Translations under genes and position numbers: made by a program | Part shown: positions 56,242-64,000 of the stretch, in pieces | Numbering within the stretch: the stretch's first letter is position 1 | Layout: the number at the start of each line of letters is the position of its first letter | Assembly: GCA_017447165.1 (NCBI GenBank) | Contig: JAFSOD010000004.1 | Location: 653,903 to 717,902, forward strand | From: Bacilli bacterium | GTDB taxonomy: Bacteria; Bacillota_I; Bacilli_A; RFN20; CAG-826 | Direction of reading: 5' to 3' | Length of the DNA stretch: 64,000 nucleotides | The notes under the pieces: generated by a model | Databases searched by the model: none | Told to the model about the DNA's origin: nothing | The model's input: only the letters and a program-made list of their open reading frames with translations

Positions 56242-57084
56242 ATGAAAAACATTAATCAATACAATTTTGATATTATTCACGTTGCCACACATTTAAGAGA
56301 CACTCTTGAATATGTTTTACCGCGTGAACACGAAGAAAAGGTTTATAACCAAAGAAAAGAAGTCTTAACCAAAGGTTTATCTAAAGAAACTCCACTTGGA
56401 AAATTCTTAGAAGCCAACAAAGACAAATTCACTGAATTATTAAAGAACTACGACGAATTATTAGAAGAAGTGTATGGAGAAAATTCCACCATCTTAGTGA
56501 AAACTGCTGAAGGTAAAATCAGAGTCGATCACTCTCAACACTTAAGAATCTACGAACTCGTTACCGCGATGATGGAACCAATTAGAGATATCATCTATTT
56601 CCATGTCAATTTAGCGAGAAAACAAAACGAGAATGAACCAGTCATTGAAGAACTTATGCCTTATGACGATAGACAATATCGTTTATTTGCATACCTCTTA
56701 ATGATGCAAGATTTCCAAAAATCATTCTTTGAATTCCAAAAAGTGATGGGAGAAGCAGGTGGAAAACCAACTCCTCAATCTAACTTTATCGTCCAAAACG
56801 AATTATCTAAATATGCGAAGATGTTAAGAAATATCAGAGAGCATACAAGATTCACTGATAATGAAACATTAGATGTTTTAGATAAGTGTTTACAAGTCGT
56901 GGAGATGTCTGAAGGAAGAAGAGATAGAAGAGACAACAAGAACTTCCCAGATTTGTTTAAAGAAGCCTTAGAAGGTGTGAATGCGAAATTCACATTAAAC
57001 GGACCAAAATGGCAAGAGAAGTTCAACAAGGCTCTTCAAGAAATGCTTGCAGATATCCGTAATAACGCTACCGCTAAAGCATAA
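56242..57084 (+). CDS. hypothetical cytoplasmic all-helical protein (no family recognised)
   Basis: 281 aa from ATG 56242, 8 nt after GAAGGAGG. TATAAT -10 at 56155-60. No TM segments. Contains R-x4-H (RNIREH). Confidence 0.6.
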   Translation: MKNINQYNFDIIHVATHLRDTLEYVLPREHEEKVYNQRKEVLTKGLSKETPLGKFLEANKDKFTELLKNYDELLEEVYGENSTILVKTAEGKIRVDHSQHLRIYELVTAMMEPIRDIIYFHVNLARKQNENEPVIEELMPYDDRQYRLFAYLLMMQDFQKSFFEFQKVMGEAGGKPTPQSNFIVQNELSKYAKMLRNIREHTRFTDNETLDVLDKCLQVVEMSEGRRDRRDNKNFPDLFKEALEGVNAKFTLNGPKWQEKFNKALQEMLADIRNNATAKA

Positions 57085-57109
57085 TTCTTTATTTGGAGAA
57101 TAAAAATAT

Positions 57110-57457
57110 ATGAAGAAGAAACTAAAACAACTATCTATTTTTGAAATAATTGCCTACTGTATCTTATTACTCTTAGGCTTATGGGGATTAATCTATACTT
57201 TATTAGGCTTTATTTGTGAATTCTTAAGCATCAATTCTGGACTAAGATACGCAAATAATTACATTAAAAATGTATTTGGAACTGGCTTCCTCACCTGTGG
57301 CTTAATTGTGTTAGGTGTTTCCGTAGTCGCTGCTGTTGTTGTCTTATTAATCAACGCTAAGAAAAGTGATCGTGACTTTGAAAAAGCACAAAGAAGATCG
57401 GCAAGACTTAAGAAAAAACCAGAAGTTGTTGATGCTGAATCTTCTCCAGTTGAATAA
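57110..57457 (+). CDS. small 2-TM membrane protein with basic C-terminal tail
   Basis: 115 aa. Two hydrophobic helices, C-terminal KKSDRDFEKAQRRSARLKKKPE. Lies 26 nt after the previous gene and is followed by a strong terminator. Confidence 0.55.
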   Translation: MKKKLKQLSIFEIIAYCILLLLGLWGLIYTLLGFICEFLSINSGLRYANNYIKNVFGTGFLTCGLIVLGVSVVAAVVVLLINAKKSDRDFEKAQRRSARLKKKPEVVDAESSPVE

Positions 57458-57477
57458 TAAAATTATTAAACTCATAA

Positions 57478-57506
57478 AGCTCTCAAATTATTGAGGGCTT
57501 TTTTAT
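57478..57506 (+). terminator. intrinsic terminator after the 2-gene unit
   Basis: AGCTCTCAA-atta-TTGAGGGCT (9-bp stem, one G·U) followed by T6. Confidence 0.7.
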
Positions 57507-57741
57507 TGCTCTAAAAGGCGATTTAAGAGGTATTTATAAAAAAAGCGTAATGGAACTTGTATTATCTTAAAACGTCTTGTAGAGCCTAATAATAGTGGGC
57601 ATTTCCATTGATATAAAAATATAAGCTTTAATATAGGATGATATGACACAAATATATCATAAATATAAGTAGTGGATATTTTTTTAAAAGCATAATAAAA
57701 GACCCGCCAAACGACGAGTCTAGTATTTGTTTTTTGAATAG

Positions 57742-59655
57742 TTATTCAACAACTTCTGGGTTGCTTGGCCTTTCAATTGTCTCAATTGTGAGGACATTGT
57801 AGACTGAAGATTCATATTCCATTTGATAAACGGTGAAGATAAGTTCGACGCCTTCAAAGGTATAAACTAATTCTTCATATGGAGTACCACTTACGAATGT
57901 ACCAGCGGTCCATTCGCCATCGCTTTCAAAACCAACTAATTTTGCGAGGACAACGATTTGTTCTGGATAGCCTTTAACATATTGCATTGGAACTACTGAT
58001 TCAGCCCAAGCGTTGAAGAATAAGTAGAAATCTGGGCAATCTTCTGTTGAATAATCAGTGACTTCATCCCAAACATCAACCCATTCACCGCTTTCTTCGT
58101 CTTCATAACTAAAGTAATCAGTAATGGCTTTCATAGCGGTTTCAGCAGTCCATTCAGGAATGATTAATTCGCCAGAACATTCAATGTATGCACAGTAGCC
58201 ATCTTGTTCATCATATAAGACGTAGAAGAAGACTTGGAATCCACCTTCAACCCAACCATCAACAACATATGTGTCGATATAAGTCTCAATGTCTTCACCT
58301 TCTGCTCCTTCTGGATCGACAAAGGATAAGTCTTCAGCATAGTAGTAGTAAGATGGGATTGCAGCAGCAATAATAGAACGAGCTTCTGCTAAGGATTCAG
58401 CTTGAATACCAACTGGCATAACAGCACAGGTAGTTGAATCTGGATCACTTGAATGCATAACTTCAGAGGCAGGTAAGCCTAAGTTAAATGCGATCATGTT
58501 AGCGGTTGTTAAGTTGCTAATTCCGTATTGAACAATAGAGGAAGTGAATGTGATTTCGAAGCATGTACCTTCTTCATCACTCCAGTCAACGATAATAACA
58601 GAGGCACCGGTGTCGAACATTTGTAAAACGTATTCATCAGCATCGGTGTAGCCAGCGAGTTGCCATCCAGCTTCAACTAATTCACCAACATAAGCTTTAA
58701 CTTCATCAGCGGTAACGCCATAGGCATAAACGTCTGCTAAGTAGCAACCGTAATCGAAGGTCCAGTCTTCACTATATTCATAGACGACGCCTTCTTGAGC
58801 GGTTTCGAATGCTGGAATTTCGCCAACATCTTCATAGCATTCCTCAAAGAATGCATCAATGTCAGCTTTAGGGAATGTTTCAGTATAGGCGGATTTTAAT
58901 GAGAAATCGAAGTAAATGTAGTTTCCGGCAGCTTCTTCTTCGTCACCTTCACTCCATCCCCAGGCTAATACGAATACTTGGGCTTTGCCTAAATCTTTGT
59001 ATAAGTATTGAAGACCAGAGGAAGTTTCTCTTGCTTCAAATCCAGCTTTGTAGAGTCTCATTTCGTAAGAAACGAGTTTGTTTTCTTCGTTGTCATCATA
59101 AACGAGAGCGGAACCATTTAAGGTGCTTTCCATTTCAACAGAGACACCTAAAGATTCTTTGTTTAAGAAAGCAAATGGTAAGGTTTCACCAAACATGGCT
59201 GCCCATTCGGCTGCAAAATCTGGATCCCAATCACCAGTTGGTTCTTCATTATAGAGGTAATTGAAGTTAATTTCATTACCTGGAGCAACTCCACTGCTTT
59301 CGTCGTAATATGTTAAGCTAAGAGCAACAGAAGCTTTTGAGGTTTCTTTGTAGTAAAGATCTTCATCAGCAGAATACTCAAAGTGAGCTTGTGAAACTAA
59401 TTTCTCAGCATATTCTTCGACTAAATTTTTGTCATTGTCATCATAAGCATAGAAAGCGCCGCCAAATTCATCACTTTCATATGAAAGATGCAATGATTCT
59501 TCGTCTAAATCCAAATAAGGAAGAACTTCACCAATTTCTTGATTCATGAATTCCTTAACTGCACTAGACCAATCTTTTCCTGGAGCTGGGTTTTCGCCAC
59601 ATGATACAGCTAGCATTGCCGCAACTACAGGAACAATTAATGTCTTCATTTTCAT
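57742..59655 (-). CDS. acidic surface lipoprotein B (three tandem N-modules plus C-region)
   Basis: 637 aa from ATG 59655 (MKMKTLIVPVVAAMLAVSC lipobox). SD AAAGGAG upstream. The track's longer N-extension is rejected. The ~70-aa module seen in lipoprotein A recurs three times (..GEVLPYLDLDEESL..YDDNDKNLVEEY.., ..GETLPFAFLNKESL..YDDNEENKLVSY.., ..GEIPAFETAQEGV..). Shares a VYQMEY-type C-terminal motif. Confidence 0.75.
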   Translation of the reverse strand: MKMKTLIVPVVAAMLAVSCGENPAPGKDWSSAVKEFMNQEIGEVLPYLDLDEESLHLSYESDEFGGAFYAYDDNDKNLVEEYAEKLVSQAHFEYSADEDLYYKETSKASVALSLTYYDESSGVAPGNEINFNYLYNEEPTGDWDPDFAAEWAAMFGETLPFAFLNKESLGVSVEMESTLNGSALVYDDNEENKLVSYEMRLYKAGFEARETSSGLQYLYKDLGKAQVFVLAWGWSEGDEEEAAGNYIYFDFSLKSAYTETFPKADIDAFFEECYEDVGEIPAFETAQEGVVYEYSEDWTFDYGCYLADVYAYGVTADEVKAYVGELVEAGWQLAGYTDADEYVLQMFDTGASVIIVDWSDEEGTCFEITFTSSIVQYGISNLTTANMIAFNLGLPASEVMHSSDPDSTTCAVMPVGIQAESLAEARSIIAAAIPSYYYYAEDLSFVDPEGAEGEDIETYIDTYVVDGWVEGGFQVFFYVLYDEQDGYCAYIECSGELIIPEWTAETAMKAITDYFSYEDEESGEWVDVWDEVTDYSTEDCPDFYLFFNAWAESVVPMQYVKGYPEQIVVLAKLVGFESDGEWTAGTFVSGTPYEELVYTFEGVELIFTVYQMEYESSVYNVLTIETIERPSNPEVVE

Positions 59656-59775
59656 AAAGTTTTCGTCTCCTTTCATTAATTTTTTAAAGATTTGTCTATA
59701 AATATATTTATGTATGGAAGTGATTGCAAGCATTTTTTATATAAAGATTGTTACGCACGTGAGATTTTTGTCTTT

Positions 59776-59805
59776 TTTACACAGCAAGATTTTTACTGCT
59801 ATAAT
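59776..59805 (+). promoter_or_regulatory. candidate promoter giving a (near-)leaderless SDR transcript (TTTACA-18-TGcTATAAT)
   Basis: -35 TTTACA 59776-81, extended -10 TGCTATAAT 59797-59805. ATG at 59815 lies only 9 nt past the -10, and there is no SD. Confidence 0.35.
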
Positions 59806-59814
59806 ATATCCGTT

Positions 59815-60594
59815 ATGGTTGTTGTTATTACTGGTGGTAGCAGTGGAATTGGCTTAGAAACTGCTAGGTTATTCTCTCAAAATAAACAATTTATTGTTTA
59901 TGTTTTAAATAGACACGAAGTTAAACTTGATAACGTTAACTGGATTAAATGTGATGTTTCTAACTCAAAAGATATCGCTAATGCAGTTAGTGAAATTACT
60001 AGAGAAGAAAATAATCAAATAAATTTACTAATTAATAATGCTGGAATGGGAATCTCTGGAGCGATTGAGTACCATTCAGAAGAAGAAATTAACAAAATTA
60101 TAAGTGTTAATTTAGTGGGTTTAGTGAATGTTACTAGAGCCTTTTTACCATATATGAATAAGGGTAGTAAGATTATTAATATCTCTAGTGTTGCTGGGCC
60201 TATTTCTATTCCATTTCAAACATTGTATTCAGTCACAAAGGCTGGTGTTTTAGCCTTCTCTAATGGACTTAGGAATGAACTTAGACCATTAGGAATTAAA
60301 GTGACTTCAGTATTACCTGGAGATACAAAAACTGGTTTTACTAGTAGTAGAGAAAAAAGTGTTGATAATGGGCGTTATGGAAAACGTATAGAGAAGTCAG
60401 TTTCCAAAATGGAAAAAGATGAATCTAACGGAGTTCCTGCTAGTAAAGTAGCGAAAAAGATTTTTAAAGTGAGCAAAAAGAAAAACCCAAATACTTATTA
60501 CGTAGTGGGTTCATCTTATAAATTATTAGTCTTTCTTTCCCGTATCTTACCAAAAAGATTAGTGAACTGGATTATATTTAAGATTTACGGTTAG
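59815..60594 (+). CDS. short-chain dehydrogenase/reductase (SDR)
   Basis: 260 aa from ATG 59815. TGGSSGIG Rossmann motif, NNAG, catalytic S..Y...K (SSVAG, YSVTKAG). Confidence 0.7.
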   Translation: MVVVITGGSSGIGLETARLFSQNKQFIVYVLNRHEVKLDNVNWIKCDVSNSKDIANAVSEITREENNQINLLINNAGMGISGAIEYHSEEEINKIISVNLVGLVNVTRAFLPYMNKGSKIINISSVAGPISIPFQTLYSVTKAGVLAFSNGLRNELRPLGIKVTSVLPGDTKTGFTSSREKSVDNGRYGKRIEKSVSKMEKDESNGVPASKVAKKIFKVSKKKNPNTYYVVGSSYKLLVFLSRILPKRLVNWIIFKIYG

Positions 60595-61694
60595 TCTGCA
60601 AAGTCGTAATCTAAGACGACAAAGTAGTGATAATTTGGATGAAGTTCGCTAAGTTCCTTAACAAGCGAATTTTTTGTTTCTTCATTAGTTTTATCATCAA
60701 ACTCGATAATTAAGTCGAATGATACAGTGTTAGTTTCTATATCAACATAGAAGCCGTGTACTTGCTTAATTGAAGGATAATTTTTAACTAGGCGATATAA
60801 GTCTTCTCTAATCTTTTTAACTTCCGGTACAGAAGAGTTAGTGGCGTAGATTCCTACCGTTAAAATTACTCCAAATTTTTCATAGGCCGCGATTGAAATT
60901 TTTCTCGTTAATGGATGAATGTCTTTTGCGGTTAAGTCGTCTCTAACTTCTATATGAATGGAGCCGATTGATCTATTAGGTCCATAGTCATTTAAGATTA
61001 AATCATATGAGCCAATAACTTCTGGGAAGGAATTCACTAATTGTTTAATTCCTAAAGCAATTTCTCTTTCAGCACGTTTACCAACGATACTGCTAATAGC
61101 GTTAAGAAGGAATTCAATACCACTTTTAATGATGAATAAGCCAATAAGAATACCTAAGTAGCCTTCAATATGGACTCCTGCATACATCGCAACTATTGCG
61201 CCTACTAAAGTAGAGGTAGAAAGTAGTGCATCAAATAATGCGTCTACTCCCGAAGCTTTTAGAGCGTCACTATTGGTCTTTTTACTCATCGCTCTAAAGA
61301 ATAAACCGAGAGCGAGTTTAAATAGAATTGCCACACTAATAACAATTAAGCTGACATAAGTATAACTAGCTTGACTACCAGTAATTAAAGAACTAATAGA
61401 TTCATATATAGCCGTACCACCAGCAATTAGAACAATGATTGCCACAATTAGACTAGTGACGTATTCGATACGTCCATGTCCATATGGGTGGTCTTTATCT
61501 GGTTTTTTAGTAGAAAGTTTAGTGCCGATAACAGTAACAATACTACTTAAAGCATCAGTTAAGTTATTGACCGCGTCTAAGATAATAGAAATAGATCCGG
61601 CAATAATACCAATAGTGGCTTTAGCGGCGACAAGCAAAACATTACCTAAAATGCCAATAATACTTGTACGGATAATGAGTTTTTCTCTATTCAT
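60591..61694 (-). CDS. cation diffusion facilitator (CDF) family metal efflux transporter
   Basis: 367 aa. 6 TM helices with CDF signature (..DA..N..D..S......HPYGHGR.E) and a cytoplasmic C-terminal domain. 4-nt convergent overlap with the SDR stop. Confidence 0.8.
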   Translation of the reverse strand: MNREKLIIRTSIIGILGNVLLVAAKATIGIIAGSISIILDAVNNLTDALSSIVTVIGTKLSTKKPDKDHPYGHGRIEYVTSLIVAIIVLIAGGTAIYESISSLITGSQASYTYVSLIVISVAILFKLALGLFFRAMSKKTNSDALKASGVDALFDALLSTSTLVGAIVAMYAGVHIEGYLGILIGLFIIKSGIEFLLNAISSIVGKRAEREIALGIKQLVNSFPEVIGSYDLILNDYGPNRSIGSIHIEVRDDLTAKDIHPLTRKISIAAYEKFGVILTVGIYATNSSVPEVKKIREDLYRLVKNYPSIKQVHGFYVDIETNTVSFDLIIEFDDKTNEETKNSLVKELSELHPNYHYFVVLDYDFAD

Positions 61695-62133
61695 CTTTAA
61701 AACCCTCTAATACTTTATAAAGTAAGCGATATAATTCCTGAGCTTCTTCTTTAGTTAATTTTACCTCTCTAGAGATTTGAGGTGGAATAGCGTATGCTTC
61801 TTTTTTTAATTCTAGCCCCTTTTTAGTTAAAGAGATAATTAATTCTCGATTATCACTAGGAAGAGATTTTTTTGAAATATATCCTTTGGATAATAATTTA
61901 TTTAATAGTGGAGTTAAAGTCCCACTATCTAGATAAAGTCTTTCTCCGATTTCTTTAACGGAGACATGGTCTTTTTCCCAAAGGACCATCAAAACAATAT
62001 ACTGTGTATATGTGATTCCAAGTTTATCTAAAAATGGTTTATATTTTCTTGTGATTTCTTTACCAGATGCGTATAGAGGAAAACATAATTGATTAGATAA
62101 CTTTAAAGTGTCATCAGGATTAAAGCTAGACAT
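61687..62133 (-). CDS. ohrR: MarR-family peroxide-sensing repressor (OhrR-like)
   Basis: 148 aa. Near-colinear with B. subtilis OhrR, including sensing Cys in NQLCFPLYASGKEITRKYKP and wHTH LYLDSGTLTPLLNKL. Confidence 0.7.
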   Translation of the reverse strand: MSSFNPDDTLKLSNQLCFPLYASGKEITRKYKPFLDKLGITYTQYIVLMVLWEKDHVSVKEIGERLYLDSGTLTPLLNKLLSKGYISKKSLPSDNRELIISLTKKGLELKKEAYAIPPQISREVKLTKEEAQELYRLLYKVLEGFKDE

Positions 62134-62612
62134 TATTTCGCTAAGGCTTCCTTAATCTTTTCTTCAAATTTAAATGGTTTTTCGGTTGGTTCAAATCTTC
62201 CTAAGACTTCACCTTCTCTAGAAACTAAAAATTTGGTGAAGTTCCATTTCACTTTCTTATATTTACCTTTTTCATTTTGAGAACATAAATAAGTAAATAA
62301 TGGTTCAGCGTTATCGCCTTTAACATCAACTTTCTTAAATCTTGGGAATTTGGTGTTGAACTTTAAAGAGCAGATTTGATTGATTTCTTCATCGCTATGA
62401 GGGGCTTGATGGAAGAATTGATTACATGGAAAATCTAAGATTTCAAAGCCTTGTTCGTGATACTTCTCATATAAAGCCTCTAATTCTTCATATTGTGGGG
62501 TAAATCCACACTTGGTTGCAGTGTTAACAATTAATAACACTTTACCCTTATATTGACTTAAGGAGACATCTTCTCCTTTTTGACTTTTAACTACAAATTC
62601 GTGAACTGACAT
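62133..62612 (-). CDS. gpx: glutathione peroxidase-family thiol peroxidase
   Basis: 159 aa. GPx motifs (LIVNTATKCGFTPQY with catalytic Cys, FPCNQF, WNFTKFL). Confidence 0.85.
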   Translation of the reverse strand: MSVHEFVVKSQKGEDVSLSQYKGKVLLIVNTATKCGFTPQYEELEALYEKYHEQGFEILDFPCNQFFHQAPHSDEEINQICSLKFNTKFPRFKKVDVKGDNAEPLFTYLCSQNEKGKYKKVKWNFTKFLVSREGEVLGRFEPTEKPFKFEEKIKEALAK

Positions 62613-62692
62613 ATTATCATCCTCCTATTCACTAAATAAATTGTATACAATCTAATTTTTAAAGTAAAGAATTATTTATTTCTTATATAATA

Positions 62693-63532
62693 GTGGAGAT
62701 GAATGTTAAAAAGTATTTAACTAAAATTGAAGACTTATCTCATAAGAAGATTGCTCTTACTGGTGCCACATCCGGAATTGGTCTAGCTCTTTTAAAACAC
62801 TTAGTAAGCAAAAACGCTTATGTTGTTTTACTTGTAAGAAACTTAACTAAGGCTAAAGAAATAGTGGGTTCTTTGAACTATTCAAAGATTGATATCATTG
62901 AGTATGACCAATCCTCTTATAAATCTATAGAAAAAGCGATTGATGAGTTATTAGTTAAACATAGCGATATCGACACGATTGTTCTTAACGCGGGTGTGTT
63001 ATCTAAAAAAGGAATAACTGAAGAAGGATACTCTTTAACTATTGGAGTGAATTATTTTGGAGTGAGACACTTTATTGAATATATTTCTCCTAAACTAACT
63101 AAAGAAACAAAAATCGTGATTCAAGGATCTTTAACTGCGGGGGCAAGATTATCAAAGAAAACTGATATCACCCGTACTGATTATGGAATCTTTAAACAGT
63201 ACAATACTTCTAAGATTTATTTGGAAGCTTATTTTAATAAGCTAGTAAAAGATAACTCTTATCCATTAATTAGTTATGTCTTAACAGAACCTGGCATATC
63301 TTCTACTAGAATATCGAGAAACTTACCAAAAGTGGTGTACGCTTTAGGTAAAGTCTTTTTGCCTATCGTTTTTAGTACTCCAAGAAAAGCTAGCTTAACT
63401 TTATTAACAGGTATTAGTGATAAGTCTAAAAACGGGGACTTTATTGTCCCTAGAGGAATCTACAATATGTCGGGATTCCCTAAATATAAAAAATTCCCTC
63501 CAAAACGGGAGAGGGAATATTTATTTGAATAG
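62693..63532 (+). CDS. short-chain dehydrogenase/reductase (SDR)
   Basis: 279 aa. TGATSGIGLAL, NAG, S..Y..SK. Start uncertain (GTG 62693 vs ATG 62699). Confidence 0.7.
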   Translation: MEMNVKKYLTKIEDLSHKKIALTGATSGIGLALLKHLVSKNAYVVLLVRNLTKAKEIVGSLNYSKIDIIEYDQSSYKSIEKAIDELLVKHSDIDTIVLNAGVLSKKGITEEGYSLTIGVNYFGVRHFIEYISPKLTKETKIVIQGSLTAGARLSKKTDITRTDYGIFKQYNTSKIYLEAYFNKLVKDNSYPLISYVLTEPGISSTRISRNLPKVVYALGKVFLPIVFSTPRKASLTLLTGISDKSKNGDFIVPRGIYNMSGFPKYKKFPPKREREYLFE

Positions 63533-63973
63533 TATATTTAACTTTTCTAATTCTTCTTTATGTTTCTTTGGCTCTTTTAGAAAGATGATAGATGCTTCAG
63601 GGAAGAGTTTTTTTATTTTCTTTTCTGTTTTTTTACCAGTTCCACTTCCAGAATAGAAGATAAACGTTAATTTCTTATCTGATAAGTTTGTTTCTTTTAA
63701 AATAGCGTTAGTGGTGGGAGTTAGTCTTGCATTCCAGATTGGACCACCGATAACGATTTCTTCATAATTAGAGACATCGTTACTATAATCTACTAGTTTT
63801 CCTTTAGAGTGGATGCTCGCTCTAAAACCACCTTGCATCATTGAGAGAAAGAATGATTTAGGCATCTTTTTCTTTTCGATAACTTTACGAACATCATAAT
63901 TATGAGATTTAAATACTTCAGAAACGACTTCTCCGTTTCCGGTATAAGAACAATATAAGAATAACTTTTTCAT
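63521..63973 (-). CDS. flavodoxin-like fold protein
   Basis: 150 aa. N-terminal LYCSYTGNGE phosphate-binding-loop-like motif and VIGGPIWN segment typical of flavodoxin/NrdI-like FMN proteins. Convergent 12-nt overlap with the SDR. Confidence 0.55.
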   Translation of the reverse strand: MKKLFLYCSYTGNGEVVSEVFKSHNYDVRKVIEKKKMPKSFFLSMMQGGFRASIHSKGKLVDYSNDVSNYEEIVIGGPIWNARLTPTTNAILKETNLSDKKLTFIFYSGSGTGKKTEKKIKKLFPEASIIFLKEPKKHKEELEKLNILFK

Positions 63974-64000
63974 ATCTCTATGATAATGATTTTATTTATT

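Noticed and set aside
58164-59549. Several short + strand ORFs (58188..58373, 58875..59264, 59337..59549) rich in R/H/L/Q
   Set aside because: Antisense frames of the lipoprotein B gene. Its GAA/GAT-rich coding strand yields Leu/Ser/Arg-rich antisense ORFs.
1-64000. CRISPR arrays, IS elements/transposases, integrases, prophage genes, rRNA
   Set aside because: Searched by eye for direct-repeat arrays, terminal inverted repeats and hallmark ORFs. None found.

Overview
Low-GC (~33%), standard-genetic-code Firmicutes-type chromosome segment, probably Erysipelotrichia or another Bacillus-like lineage. Gene order repeatedly mirrors Bacillus subtilis: pth-mfd-yabO-tilS-ftsH; dus-lysS; cmk-der-hup; dnaD-nth with recU nearby; gpsB-rnpB; pgsA-cinA-recA; rny-ymdB-miaB-ricA. 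Most of the window is densely packed housekeeping genes on the + strand. Recognised products include translation and tRNA-modification enzymes, glycolysis (pgi, gpmI), pepF, metK, hpf, fhs, argS, ychF, ispF and rpoE (RNA polymerase delta). RNA genes found by eye: RNase P RNA (type B) after gpsB; a five-tRNA operon (Val-Tyr-Gln-Lys-Leu) on the minus strand; a solitary tRNA-Gln(CUG); a solitary tRNA-Leu(GAG). No CRISPR array, transposase, integrase or rRNA was seen. Accessory or unusual content sits in a few islets. (1) 28.8-32.0 kb: an ABC ATPase/FtsX-permease fusion followed by a second ATPase and a start-less FtsX fragment. (2) 49.9-52.9 kb: a RhuM-family gene with a C-terminal PLD-like HKD-variant domain abutting tRNA-Leu, then a coupled PduL/TSCPD pair, an orphan Phd/YefM antitoxin, and an unclassified attenuator-type leader before metK. 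(3) 54.8-59.7 kb: two paralogous, highly acidic modular lipoproteins flanking an unknown cytosolic protein plus a small 2-TM protein. (4) 59.8-64 kb: a redox/metal cluster (OhrR-gpx, CDF, two SDRs, flavodoxin). Also noted: a ~50-nt near-identical element directly upstream of both recA and the ABC fusion gene; an APH/choline-kinase-like::Nfu fusion gene; a truncated CCA-like nucleotidyltransferase; and two candidate leaderless transcripts sharing a TGCTATAAT -10 box. All calls come from reading the sequence and the translated ORFs. No database search was run.
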